Below, piece after piece: positions 1 to 9,082 of a stretch of 51,993 nucleotides of DNA (position 1 is the first letter of the stretch; each line of letters opens with the position of its first letter). Location: contig JBBQRQ010000027.1 in NCBI GenBank assembly GCA_038214755.1, positions 1 to 51,993 on the forward strand, written 5' to 3'. The position numbers were made by a program, and so were the translations under genes. The DNA is from Verrucomicrobiota bacterium. GTDB lineage: Bacteria > Verrucomicrobiota > Verrucomicrobiia > Limisphaerales > CANJXF01. The notes under the pieces are model-generated. The model worked only from the letters and a program-made list of their open reading frames with translations, was not told where the DNA came from and searched no databases.

Positions 1-113
1 CCCTAAAAAAACCGGAGCCCCTTCGTATCCCCCTGCGCCGTTCTTTTTCCCCGGCGCGGCCTCGCCCCACTGCGCTACGTTGTGAGCACCCGCCAGATTC
101 CATGAACCCGCCT

Positions 114-184
114 GTAGCCGCCGACGTGAGGACTCGGAAACTCGCGTGGCTACCCCAAGTCCGCCTCCTCACGTCGGCAGCTAC
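114..184. repeat. GTAG-type REP-like palindromic doublet (family A, GTAGCCGCCGACGTGAGGAGGCGG...CCGCCTCCTCACGTCGGCGGCTAC)
   Basis: Inverted arms GTAGCCGCCGACGTGAGGA / CCTCCTCACGTCGGCAGCTAC; same family at 18681, 25831, 37738; flanked by CATGAACC / GGTTCAGG. Confidence 0.85.
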
Positions 185-234
185 GGTTCAGGGGTTCAAT
201 GCGCGAAAAAATTTTCGGGGACATATCTCCCCCC

Positions 235-1530
235 TCAAAGTTGCGAGCTTAAAAAACCAGCGCAGTAATCGCTGCATTTGAGATACCACCCGCGTTTCGC
301 CAAATCCTCGGCGAGCAATGGCAGCGATTTACGTTTGTCATCGTCAAAGACTTTGATTTGCGCCGTGGCGAAAGTTTTATCCAAAACATTAATGTTCGCT
401 TCATCGTTGATGCGAAAAGAGCGGTTGTCGAAATTCACGGAGCCGGCGCACACAAAAACATCATCCACGATCATCACCTTGCAGTGGAAGAGCGCGGGTT
501 CGTATCGATAAAATTTCACGCCCGCGTCGAGCAACTCCCCCCAGCGCGAGCGCGACGCGGCGCGGCCCACGCTCGAATCATTTTTGAGCGGCACAATAAT
601 CTCCACCTCGACTCCCCTTTTTCGCGCCGCTAACAATTCTTTCACAGCCAGCGTGTCCGGCACAAAGTAGGCGTGTTCGAGCCGAATATTTTTTCTGGCG
701 GCGGCGATGGACAAGAGGTGCGCCAGCCGCGCATTTTCCTCTCCCTCTTTGGGACCGCTCTTGAAACATTGCACGGCGCAATTGCCCGTTTCTTTTAAGA
801 CCGGAAAATATTCCGGCCCCTGTAAAACTTCCGAAGTAGTCTGCAACCAATTTTCCGAAAAAACTCCCTGCATCTCCGCCACCGCCGGGCCTTCCACCCG
901 AAAATGCGTGTCACGCCAATGGTTGGTCGTCTCGCCGTCTCCCAACCATCGGTCCGCCAGACAAGTTCCGCCGATGAATCCGACCTTTCCATCCACAATC
1001 AGCAGCTTGCGGTGCGTGCGATGATTGATGTTCATCTTGAGTTTGTACCAACTGTCGCGCCCGAATTTTACGAATCGAACTCCGGCCGCGCTCATCTGCC
1101 GAATATCCACGCCCTTCAACTTCAGCGTGCCCATGCCGTCGGCCATGCAATGAATTTTCACTCCGGCTTGGGCGCGCTCAATCAACGCCTTTTTAAAATC
1201 GTCCCCCACCTTGCCCGACTCCCAGATGTAATTTTCAAAACTGATGCTGTTGCTGGCCCTCGCAATCGCCTCCAGCATCGCCGGGAAAATCTGGTCGCCG
1301 TTCAGCAAATGCGTCACGCGGTTCCCCTTCAAAAAAGGCGGGCCGAGCAAGTGTCCCATTGACTGTTGGAAAGCGGGGTCTTCCACTGAATAGCTGGTCT
1401 CGATCGGTTTCCCAATGGCTTTGCGAGAAGTGGCTTTGTAAACGATTCCAGCGATGATCAATAACCCGACCGCGATCACTCCCACCGAATGTTTTGAAAA
1501 ATAATTTCTTCGCGGCCTTTTCCGTTTCAT
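235..1530 (-). CDS. cls: Cardiolipin synthase (phospholipase D family)
   Basis: Two HKD motifs (HRKLLIVD, HCKVMIVDD...GSVNFDNRS), WRDTH motif, N-terminal TM helix; start placed at MKRKRP (1530) because the longer ORF runs through a repeat. Confidence 0.9.
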   Translation of the reverse strand: MKRKRPRRNYFSKHSVGVIAVGLLIIAGIVYKATSRKAIGKPIETSYSVEDPAFQQSMGHLLGPPFLKGNRVTHLLNGDQIFPAMLEAIARASNSISFENYIWESGKVGDDFKKALIERAQAGVKIHCMADGMGTLKLKGVDIRQMSAAGVRFVKFGRDSWYKLKMNINHRTHRKLLIVDGKVGFIGGTCLADRWLGDGETTNHWRDTHFRVEGPAVAEMQGVFSENWLQTTSEVLQGPEYFPVLKETGNCAVQCFKSGPKEGEENARLAHLLSIAAARKNIRLEHAYFVPDTLAVKELLAARKRGVEVEIIVPLKNDSSVGRAASRSRWGELLDAGVKFYRYEPALFHCKVMIVDDVFVCAGSVNFDNRSFRINDEANINVLDKTFATAQIKVFDDDKRKSLPLLAEDLAKRGWYLKCSDYCAGFLSSQL

Positions 1531-1670
1531 CGCAGAAAAATACCTTCCGCAAGCGCCAAAACGAAATAAGGGGAAACGCGAAAAAATCCTCAGCAACTTT
1601 CCTCCGGGGAAATAAATAAGGCTCAATTGCCGGGGCAGGAGATGCGCAAAGAAAGGACGCATTTGGCAAG

Positions 1671-1834
1671 CGGCGCATCTTGACACTACCACCAAAGTAG
1701 TGGGGCAGACATCTTGTCTGCCTGCGGGGCTTCCAGCCCCAAGAGCAGGATTCGCGGGCAAGATGCCCGTTTGGCAGGCTGGAAGCCTGCCCCACTACAT
1801 CGAATCGCTTTGGTGGTAGTAGCAAGATGCGCCC
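1671..1834. mobile_element. MITE-like element with 26-bp TIRs and 9-bp target duplication, enclosing a GTAG REP doublet (1697-1798)
   Basis: TIRs GGCGCATCTTGACACTACCACCAAAG / CTTTGGTGGTAGTAGCAAGATGCGCC; direct repeat TTTGGCAAG at 1662-1670 and 1835-1843; inner GTAGTGGGGCAG...CTGCCCCACTAC. Confidence 0.8.
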
Positions 1835-1904
1835 TTTGGCAAGCGAGGCGCAGGAATCTGTATTTACTCGCGGAAAAATAAATATAATTTCCGCAATCGT
1901 TAAA

Positions 1905-2609
1905 ATGAGCGCGCCTGCCCATCAATCGCAGCCTAAAAGTTTTTCAAAACATGGACGAACCTTCTGGATCGTTTCTATCGCGTGCGTCGTGGCCTTCCTG
2001 GTTCTCTTTTACTTTGTGGACACTCACGCGCTGCACGACTGGGCGGAAAAACTTCCCGGTTGGCTCGTTTTTGCTTTCATGGCTTTCTTGCCCGTCTTGG
2101 GCGTGCCCATCAGCTTGCTGCTGGTCATTGGCGGGGCGCGCTTTGGCGCAATTGGCGGACTCATCGCTTCAGCCTTTGCCATTGCCGTGAACCTTCTTTT
2201 GACTTTTTGGGTGACAAAATTTGTTTTGCGCAAACCAATCACTGCATTTTTTAAAAAATCTAAATATAAAATCCCGCAAATTCCCACGGGAGAATACGTC
2301 TCCGTCTCGCTTCTGACCGCGCTTGTTCCCGGCCTGCCCTACGCGGCCAAAAATTATCTTCTCGTGCTCGCGGGCGTTCCTTTCCGGGTTTTTTTCTGGA
2401 CCTGTCTTCCCGCGCATTTTTTCCATGCTTCACTCGGAGTCTTGTTTGGCGATTTCACGAAAAAATGGACCCCCGCTCGGATTATTTTTCTAATCGGGTA
2501 CGGAATCATCCTCACCTTGCTCGCGCGGCGAGTGGTCAAACGGCTGCGCGCAAAAACAACGTCATCCTCACAACCGGGATTCAAACAAGAGCCCGCGGCC
2601 AAGCCATGA
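1905..2609 (+). CDS. DedA/TVP38 (VTT, SNARE-associated) family membrane protein
   Basis: Multiple TM helices, 'LVPGLPYAAKNYLL' motif; start chosen at MSAPAH. Confidence 0.8.
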   Translation: MSAPAHQSQPKSFSKHGRTFWIVSIACVVAFLVLFYFVDTHALHDWAEKLPGWLVFAFMAFLPVLGVPISLLLVIGGARFGAIGGLIASAFAIAVNLLLTFWVTKFVLRKPITAFFKKSKYKIPQIPTGEYVSVSLLTALVPGLPYAAKNYLLVLAGVPFRVFFWTCLPAHFFHASLGVLFGDFTKKWTPARIIFLIGYGIILTLLARRVVKRLRAKTTSSSQPGFKQEPAAKP

Positions 2610-3274
2610 TTCTAAAACAACAAATCAACAAACGCCGGTTGCTGCAAACTTTCGTCGCGCTCGTTTTGATCTCGCTGGCTGCGACCCTTTACTTCATTCA
2701 CTCCATTGACTTGAAGGACCTTCACCACCGAATTGCCGCTTATCCCGGCCTGGTCGTTTTTTTCCTGGTCGCCATCCTGCCTATTTTCGGTTTTTCAATC
2801 GCGATCATCTACTTGGTCGTCGGCGTGAAATTCGGCGCGAGCTGGGGCATGGCCGTCATCGCGCTGGCCACCGCGGCGCACCTGCTCGGCTCCCATTGGA
2901 TGGCGAAAAGTTTTTTGCGCAAGCGTCTCGAAGCTTTTATCGCCCGAAAAAAATATCGATTGCCGGAAATCCCGGCAGGAGAAAATGCGTCCGTCAGTTT
3001 GATGACCGCCATCATTCCGGGCCTGCCTTACTTTGCGCGCAATTATCTTTTGGCGCTGGCCGGTGTCCCGCTGAAAACTTATTTTTGGATATGCCTCCCG
3101 GTCTATGTCATCCGGTCGTTCGTCACGGTGTCTTTGGCGGCGTTCAGCAAAGAATTCACCACGAAGAAAATTATTTTTATCGTCGTTATTCTGCTCATCA
3201 AACTCGCGATCTGCGCCTGGGTCATCCAACGTTTGCGAAACAAACAAAAGCGAAAACGCGCGCGTGATTCGTAG
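2606..3274 (+). CDS. DedA/TVP38 (VTT) family membrane protein, paralog of the preceding gene
   Basis: ATGA overlap with previous stop; 'IIPGLPYFARNYLLALAGVP' motif; clear paralogy. Confidence 0.8.
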   Translation: MILKQQINKRRLLQTFVALVLISLAATLYFIHSIDLKDLHHRIAAYPGLVVFFLVAILPIFGFSIAIIYLVVGVKFGASWGMAVIALATAAHLLGSHWMAKSFLRKRLEAFIARKKYRLPEIPAGENASVSLMTAIIPGLPYFARNYLLALAGVPLKTYFWICLPVYVIRSFVTVSLAAFSKEFTTKKIIFIVVILLIKLAICAWVIQRLRNKQKRKRARDS

Positions 3275-3532
3275 CGCAGGTTTGCAACCTGCTGGATATC
3301 GTCGGGTGTGATTTCAAGTGGCGGTCGCTACTGGTGCCGTTGAAAGCGCCAGAGGACTGGCGCACTCCAAGACGCTTCGCGCCATTCATGCGCCATCGAA
3401 ATTCGCGCAAGCGTCTTGGAGTGCGCCAGCCCTCTGGCGCTCTTGTTCTGACCGCCAGTTTAAATCACACCCGATATCGCCAGCGCCCCACCGGTTCCAA
3501 ACCGGTGATACGGCAGGTTAAAGCTGCGCTAC
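3271..3532. repeat. GTAG REP-like element (family B, GTAGCGCAGG...GCTGCGCTAC) interrupted by a MITE
   Basis: Ends match the uninterrupted copy at 26923-27030; interior split by the element at 3304-3472. Confidence 0.75.
3304..3472. mobile_element. MITE-like element with 23-bp TIRs and 9-bp target duplication, enclosing a CGCACTCCAA/TTGGAGTGCG REP doublet
   Basis: TIRs GGGTGTGATTTCAAGTGGCGGTC / GACCGCCAGTTTAAATCACACCC; flanks GATATCGTC (3295-3303) and GATATCGCC (3473-3481); inner palindrome 3345-3441. Confidence 0.8.
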
Positions 3533-3578
3533 GATTCCGCAGGTTGCATCGAAGCGGCACTAATTCTATTCTCCCGAC

Positions 3579-4196
3579 GTGATTGCACTCCTCGATTACG
3601 ATTCCGGCAATTTGCGGAGCGTGGAAAAAGCTTTGAAAAAAGTCGGCGCGGAGGTTCGCGTCATCACCCGCCCCCAAGAAATGATCGGCGCGGCTGCCGT
3701 CGTTCTTCCCGGCGTGGGCGCGTTCGACGATTGCCTGAACGCTCTGGATAAACAGGAACTGCTCGGCGGCGTGCGTGACTTCATCAAAACCGGAAAACCA
3801 TTTTTGGGCATCTGCGTCGGCTATCAGGCGCTGTTCGAAAAAAGCGATGAGTTCAACAGTTGCGCGGCGGGTTTGAATATTTTTGGCGGCAAAGTCTGCC
3901 GCTTTTCCCAGCAACCTGGATTAAAAATTCCGCAAATCGGTTGGAACCAAATTGATTTCGCTCAGCCTCAATGTCCCTTGTTCAAAAATATCGCAGACGG
4001 CAGCTACGTGTATTTCGTTCACAGTTTTTTTCCGCAACCGACGGACGAATCCATCGTCGCCACGCGCACCACTTACGGCGAAACATTTGCGTCCTCGGTT
4101 TGGAAAGAAAATATTTTCGCCACGCAATTCCATCCGGAGAAAAGCCAGGCCATCGGATTGCAGTTGCTGAAAAATTTTGTAGCGCTGGCGAAATAG
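3579..4196 (+). CDS. hisH: Imidazole glycerol phosphate synthase glutaminase subunit
   Basis: DYDSGNLRSV, LPGVGAF, GICVG, YFVHS, QFHPEKS motifs. Confidence 0.97.
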   Translation: MIALLDYDSGNLRSVEKALKKVGAEVRVITRPQEMIGAAAVVLPGVGAFDDCLNALDKQELLGGVRDFIKTGKPFLGICVGYQALFEKSDEFNSCAAGLNIFGGKVCRFSQQPGLKIPQIGWNQIDFAQPQCPLFKNIADGSYVYFVHSFFPQPTDESIVATRTTYGETFASSVWKENIFATQFHPEKSQAIGLQLLKNFVALAK

Positions 4197-4202
4197 ATTT
4201 AC

Positions 4203-4282
4203 GTAGCCGCGTCTCGTGAGAGCGCGGATTTTTAGAAGAGGGCGAGAGGAAGTCAGCCCGCGCGCTCACGAGACGCGGCTAC
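4203..4282. repeat. GTAG REP-like doublet (variant GTAGCCGCGTCTCGTGAG)
   Basis: Arms GTAGCCGCGTCTCGTGAG / CTCACGAGACGCGGCTAC. Confidence 0.8.
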
Positions 4283-4390
4283 GTTCAAACCATTCTGCCC
4301 TCTTGTGCGACGGAAATTGCTTTGCTAGGTTTGCTCGCACGACGGTTGCTCATTTGGGCAAATCAAAAGGAAACTTAACTCACTAAAATT

Positions 4391-5017
4391 ATGGCATACG
4401 AATTACCACCTCTTCCCTATCCGAAAAATGCGCTCGAGCCGCATATCGACGCTCAAACGATGGAAATTCATCACGACAAACATCACAACGCTTACGTCAC
4501 GAATTTAAATAAAGCCATCGCTGGCAAAGCTGACTTGGAATCCAAATCCATCGAAGACCTCATCAAGAATCTCGATGCTGTCCCTGCTGACATCAAAACC
4601 GCAGTGCGCAACAATGGCGGCGGTCATGCTAATCATTCCATGTTTTGGAAAACGCTTGGTCACGCCGGCGGCAACCCCGCCGGGAAATTGGCCGACGAGA
4701 TCAACGCGACTTTTGGCAGCTTCGATGCGTTCAAAGAAAAATTTGAAGCGGCCGGCACGACTCGTTTCGGCAGCGGCTGGGCGTGGCTCGTCGTTAACGG
4801 CGGAAAACTTGAAATCTGTTCCACCGCCAATCAGGACAATCCGCTCATGGGAAAAACCATCGCCGGTTGCGAAGGCAAACCGGTTCTCGGCTGCGACGTC
4901 TGGGAACACGCTTACTATTTGAAATATCAAAATCGCCGGCCGGATTATCTCAAAGCGTTTTGGAACGTGGTCAACTGGAATGAAGTTTCCAAATTCTACG
5001 ACGCGGCGAAAAAATAA
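4391..5017 (+). CDS. sodA: Superoxide dismutase [Mn/Fe]
   Basis: [36 protein letters not shown] and QD residues favour the Mn type. Confidence 0.95.
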   Translation: MAYELPPLPYPKNALEPHIDAQTMEIHHDKHHNAYVTNLNKAIAGKADLESKSIEDLIKNLDAVPADIKTAVRNNGGGHANHSMFWKTLGHAGGNPAGKLADEINATFGSFDAFKEKFEAAGTTRFGSGWAWLVVNGGKLEICSTANQDNPLMGKTIAGCEGKPVLGCDVWEHAYYLKYQNRRPDYLKAFWNVVNWNEVSKFYDAAKK

Positions 5018-5040
5018 TTCAGCGCAACATTCTTCTCGTG

Positions 5041-5075
5041 GCGGCGCTCTCGGAAGAGCGCCGCAACGTTTTTTG
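5041..5075 (+). terminator. Probable intrinsic terminator after sodA
   Basis: Hairpin GCGGCGCTCT-CGGA-AGAGCGCCGC followed by a T-rich tract. Confidence 0.6.
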
Positions 5076-5173
5076 CTTCGCAATTATCTTTTGATTCGTT
5101 GCGCCAAAATATCATTCACCGTCCGCTAGCAGCGTCTTTCGCACGCCGACACAAAAACTTTAAAATAAAAAAA

Positions 5174-5470
5174 CTATTCTGGTGATGGTTCGTCCTTAAC
5201 CGGATCTTCTTCGCTCAACGCCGCAATTCGCTCCCGCTCACTCTCCTCACGTTCCTTCTCCAGACGTTTGGCGTTTTTATCTTCTTCCGCCGGTACCCAA
5301 TAACAGCCATTGATTGCCTCAATAGCCCCCTTGCCACAGAGTCTTTTAAGCTCAGGGGCGGCCCACGTTTTATCTCGCTCATAGCGATCTGGATCAACCT
5401 CCTTGCTAATCTCTTTGACGGACAACACGCGGCCGGTCTGTTCCTTTAAAAATTCCAGAATTTCGCTCAT
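5174..5470 (-). CDS. Hypothetical small protein, possible winged-helix N-terminus with acidic tail
   Basis: 98-aa ORF; 'ILEFLK...LSVKEISKEV...LKRLCGKGAIEAINGCY' is wHTH-like. Confidence 0.6.
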   Translation of the reverse strand: MSEILEFLKEQTGRVLSVKEISKEVDPDRYERDKTWAAPELKRLCGKGAIEAINGCYWVPAEEDKNAKRLEKEREESERERIAALSEEDPVKDEPSPE

Positions 5471-5646
5471 ACGGGTGAGTTAACAGCCCAATGGATAAGC
5501 TGACAATGATTGCGTTGTTGAATTACGGAATGTGAATCCGATAAGAGCGAGCTTTGCCCTATAAATTCACAGTGTCATATCAGCAAGGAATCTTTGAATT
5601 TCTTCCTGGAAATTATTTATGACACGACGCCAAAGAGGATTTCATT

Positions 5647-5807
5647 CTATCTCGCTCCGCGCACCAAAGTTTGAACCGAATAAAGCGAAGTCCGCGCAGT
5701 GATGAAAAGTGTTTTGCCATCGTCGCCGCCAAAGCAAAGGTTCGCCGGCGTCTCCGGCACAAGAATTTTTCCAATCAACAAACCGTCTGGCGCGAAGATG
5801 TGAACGC
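5647..5807 (-). pseudogene. Orphan duplicate of the last ~53 codons of the gluconolactonase gene
   Basis: Translates [52 protein letters not shown]; 41-bp identity between 5753-5793 and 6694-6734. Confidence 0.9.
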
Positions 5808-5843
5808 TGCCGGAATTGGGAAACGGATGTCGGTGCGGCCGAA

Positions 5844-5864
5844 CAAGCTAAAGCTTGAACTCCA
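5844..5864. repeat. Solo REP-like hairpin (CAAGCTAAAGCTTGAACTCCA)
   Basis: CAAGCT-AA-AGCTTG palindrome with ACTCCA tail, between the toxin gene and the duplicated gene end. Confidence 0.5.
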
Positions 5865-5870
5865 ACATCG

Positions 5871-6209
5871 TCAGCGACGGTGAATGGGCAATCGCAAAAC
5901 CTCCACTATTTTCCGGGCGATCAGGTATCGGCGTTCCTCGGTGACATTGCCCTTTTTGTCGTCGAAGCGCGCTTTGGGCAGCAAATGAATTTTGTCGCAA
6001 CGAACCATCGTTTTCCAATCCAACCCGTCAGCTTCGTCCAAAACTTCTTCGGTGGATTTTGCGCCACGATTCACTCTGGCTGAGGTGCAGAGCAGGGCAT
6101 TGACTTCTTCGATCTCGGGATTCTGGCAGGTCTCGTCGTTGGAGATGATGACGGCGGGATGCCGCTTTTCCTTGCTGAAGGGAAACATGAAAATGTCCCA
6201 TTGTTTCAT
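5871..6209 (-). CDS. Type II toxin, PemK/MazF-like endoribonuclease
   Basis: MKQWDIF...KRHPAVIISND...LCTS...GLDWKTMVRCDKI pattern typical of MazF/PemK; 112 aa, directly downstream of a small antitoxin-like gene. Confidence 0.8.
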   Translation of the reverse strand: MKQWDIFMFPFSKEKRHPAVIISNDETCQNPEIEEVNALLCTSARVNRGAKSTEEVLDEADGLDWKTMVRCDKIHLLPKARFDDKKGNVTEERRYLIARKIVEVLRLPIHRR

Positions 6210-6216
6210 GTTCTAT

Positions 6217-6516
6217 TTATTCCAGATCTTTTGGCGCGCGAATCACCGAGGCTTTGGCCAGACGGTTCTCTTCTTGAATTTCAGCGTGGCTCTGGACGTT
6301 GGCGAAATAATTCGGCGGACGGACGGGAATCGGCTCGATTTCAGGAACTTCCTGCAAAACAAATCGCTGCCGTCCCCTGACGATATAAACCGTTTCGCCC
6401 CGGCTGGCTTTTTCCATCAAGCGACCCAGATACGTCTTGGCCTTGCTCAACGTGAACAATTGCGATTGCAGATTGATCTTCTGTTTTTGGAGACGAGGAC
6501 GAGGGGCGACTTTCAT
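6217..6516 (-). CDS. Type II antitoxin, Phd/YefM-like
   Basis: FTLSKAKTYLGRLMEKASRGETVYIVRG is the Phd/YefM N-terminal signature; ends 7 bp before the toxin start. Confidence 0.75.
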   Translation of the reverse strand: MKVAPRPRLQKQKINLQSQLFTLSKAKTYLGRLMEKASRGETVYIVRGRQRFVLQEVPEIEPIPVRPPNYFANVQSHAEIQEENRLAKASVIRAPKDLE

Positions 6517-6587
6517 AGGCCAAACATAGGCTACGTTCAGGCTGTGTCGAGTGTTATCCCAATCGCACTCGCATCTGTAACCACAAT

Positions 6588-7508
6588 TTACCTGGCTCCG
6601 CGCACCGAGGTTTGAATCGCGTAAAGCGACGACCGCGCGGTGATAAAAAGCGTTTTTCCATCCTTGCCCCCGAAGCAGAGATTCGCGGGCGTTTCCGGCA
6701 CAAGAATTTTTCCAATCAACAAACCGTCTGGCGCAAAAATATGGACGCCATCGCCCGCGCTCGACCAAACACGGCCCTTGTTGTCGCAACGGATTCCGTC
6801 CGGCACGCCATTGTCGATGACGCAGAAAACTTTTCCGTTCGCGAGAGTTCCATCCTTTTGCACCTCGAAAATGCGGATGTGATGGGGTTTGCCCGAATCG
6901 GCGAGGTAAAGTTTCTTCTCATCCGGCGAAAAGCAAAGTCCGTTCGGTTTGTCGAAATCTTTCACCACCGCTGAAATCATTTTGCTTTTCGGATCGAACC
7001 GATAAACAAAATTTCCTTCCTGCTCTTTTTTATTTTTGCCAAGTCCGTAGTCGGGATCGGTGAACCAAATAGTTCCGTCGGATTTCACCACGAGGTCATT
7101 CGGGGAGTTGAATTTTTTACCTTCGAACCCGGAAACAATCGTGGTGACGCTGCCATCTTTCTCCGTGCGCGAAATCCGGCGGCCCGAATGTTCCGCCGTC
7201 AAAAGCCTGCCTTGTTTATCCACCGTATTTCCGTTGGCGTTATAGCTGTCGTCGCGGAAAATTGTCGTGCCAGTTTCTTTGCTCCACTTCTTTAAATGAT
7301 TCGCAGGAATATCGCTGAAAACCAAATAACCCTTCGAAAGCCAAACCGGCCCTTCCTCGAAGCCAAAACCCCCAGCAAGCTTTTGAACTTTCGCTCCTGC
7401 CGGAATAATTTTTTTAAACTCGCCCTCGTTTTTGATTTCGAAGCCCGCCGCCTCAGTAGAAAGCGACAGCGCAAAAAACGCGCCGCAAATCAAAGTCGTC
7501 GTTTTCAT
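6588..7508 (-). CDS. SMP-30/gluconolactonase/LRE family secreted protein
   Basis: Signal peptide MKTTTLICG; EGPVW, FSDIP, NSPND, PNGL, PDGI motifs. Confidence 0.92.
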   Translation of the reverse strand: MKTTTLICGAFFALSLSTEAAGFEIKNEGEFKKIIPAGAKVQKLAGGFGFEEGPVWLSKGYLVFSDIPANHLKKWSKETGTTIFRDDSYNANGNTVDKQGRLLTAEHSGRRISRTEKDGSVTTIVSGFEGKKFNSPNDLVVKSDGTIWFTDPDYGLGKNKKEQEGNFVYRFDPKSKMISAVVKDFDKPNGLCFSPDEKKLYLADSGKPHHIRIFEVQKDGTLANGKVFCVIDNGVPDGIRCDNKGRVWSSAGDGVHIFAPDGLLIGKILVPETPANLCFGGKDGKTLFITARSSLYAIQTSVRGAR

Positions 7509-7516
7509 ATTTTTAT

Positions 7517-8815
7517 TTATTTTAGCCAGGCGGGAATTTTTTCCGCCGCCCAAATCTCCTCGACCGGTTGCCGCCCCCGAATGACCGCGACATTTTTTCC
7601 GTTGACCAAAATTTCCGCCGCCATGCCGCGCGCATTGTAATTGGAAGCCATCACAAATCCATAGGCGCCAGCGCTGAGGAGCGCGAGATAATCGCCTTCG
7701 CCCACTTTGGGCATCGGACGATCTTTGCAAAAAAAATCTCCCGACTCGCAAATTGGACCGACGACATCCGAGGAAATTTTCGCGCCGGATCTTTTTTTGA
7801 GCGGAATAATTTCGTGATAGGAATCGTAAAACGCCGGGCGAATCAAATCATTCATCGCCGCGTCCACGATCACAAAATTTTTCCGGCCGGTGCGTTTCAC
7901 GTGCTCGACTCGCGTGACCAGAATTCCCGCGTTGCCCGCGATGAATCGACCCGGTTCCAGCAGAATTTTCAAACGGAGCGGACACAGCAGCGGCAACAAT
8001 TTTTCCGCGTAGCTTTCCGGCGTGAGAATATTTTTGGCGGCGGAAGTTTTCCACCAACGGGGCGAACCGCTTTCCAGCGCGGGCTGATAAACAATTCCCA
8101 GACCGCCACCGACACTGAAGAATTCCAATTGGTATTTCGCCGCGAGTTTTTTCACGAGCGGCAAAACTTTTTTCACCGCCAGTTCGAAAGGCGCGACTTG
8201 GGTGAGTTGCGAGCCGATGTGCATTTGCACACCGCGCAGCCGCAGATTTTTCAACCGGCTCGCGCGCGCGTAAACGCCTTCCACATTTTCCAACGCGATG
8301 CCGAATTTATTTTCGTAAGTGCCGGTCGTGATCTTGGCGTGAGTGTGCGCATCGATGTTTGGATTGACCCGCACGGCAATGGGCGCGATTTTTTTCAGCC
8401 GCGCCGCGACACGGTTGATGCGTTCCAATTCCGGTTCACTCTCCGCGTTGAACGAATAAATATTTTGCCGCAAGGCGAATTCGATTTCGCTTTCCGTTTT
8501 TCCAACACCAGCGAAAACGCATTTTGTCGGCTCACCACCGGCGGCGATGACGCGTTTCAGTTCGCCCGCGCTGACGATGTCAAACCCGCTGCCGAGATTG
8601 GCCAGCACGCGCATGACCGCGAGATTTGAGTTCGCTTTCGTCGCGTAACAAATCAGGTGATGGAGCGGCGCAAGGGCAGAATCCAAGCGGCGAAAATGAT
8701 CGGTCAACGTTTGTTGCGAATAAATGTAAAGGGGCGTTCCAAATTTTTTGGCGAGCGACTCGACCGAAACTTCTTCACAAAAAAGTTTGCCGCCGACGTA
8801 GCGAAAATGATGCAT
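7517..8815 (-). CDS. lysA: Diaminopimelate decarboxylase
   Basis: YATKAN, HIGSQ, EPGR, GPICESGD, GAYG...SNYN motifs. Confidence 0.97.
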   Translation of the reverse strand: MHHFRYVGGKLFCEEVSVESLAKKFGTPLYIYSQQTLTDHFRRLDSALAPLHHLICYATKANSNLAVMRVLANLGSGFDIVSAGELKRVIAAGGEPTKCVFAGVGKTESEIEFALRQNIYSFNAESEPELERINRVAARLKKIAPIAVRVNPNIDAHTHAKITTGTYENKFGIALENVEGVYARASRLKNLRLRGVQMHIGSQLTQVAPFELAVKKVLPLVKKLAAKYQLEFFSVGGGLGIVYQPALESGSPRWWKTSAAKNILTPESYAEKLLPLLCPLRLKILLEPGRFIAGNAGILVTRVEHVKRTGRKNFVIVDAAMNDLIRPAFYDSYHEIIPLKKRSGAKISSDVVGPICESGDFFCKDRPMPKVGEGDYLALLSAGAYGFVMASNYNARGMAAEILVNGKNVAVIRGRQPVEEIWAAEKIPAWLK

Positions 8816-8891
8816 CGGGCGTTGTTATGCCAAACGCTGTTCCAACTTCAAAGTGGAAATGGTGAAAAGAAAAATCCGCCCGCTTTCAAAT

Positions 8892-9020
8892 TGTCAGCCA
8901 AATGGAAAGGAGCGCAGACCGCCTGGTCCGCGTGCTTCCGCAGCGATGAAGAGACACAGGATTTTGTCCGTTTCGAAACGCGCGGACCAGGCGGTCCGCG
9001 CTCCTTTCGTTTAAGCGACA
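8892..9020. repeat. REP-like doublet (GGAGCGC-GACCGCCTGGTCCGCG) with degenerate TGTC...GACA outer inverted ends
   Basis: Arms GAAAGGAGCGCAGACCGCCTGGTCCGCG / CGCGGACCAGGCGGTCCGCGCTCCTTTC; related copy at 38504. Confidence 0.75.
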
Positions 9021-9056
9021 CTGTTCTCAACTGGACTCTGGAAGAGTCCGCAACCT

Positions 9057-9078
9057 GCAGGCTGGAAGCCTGCGCTAC
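9057..9078. repeat. Solo REP half (GCAGGCTGGAAGCCTGCGCTAC)
   Basis: Related to hairpins at 1774-1798 and 30078-30098. Confidence 0.7.
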
Positions 9079-9082
9079 CCAG

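Noticed and set aside
1531..1761. N-terminal extension of cls in the ORF track
   Set aside because: It runs through intergenic and MITE sequence; the protein-like part starts at 1530.
7568..8629. Long antisense ORFs (also 15391-16008, 19701-20870, 29095-29808, 32629-33426, 39962-40759)
   Set aside because: Shadow frames of well-supported genes, with no recognisable motifs.
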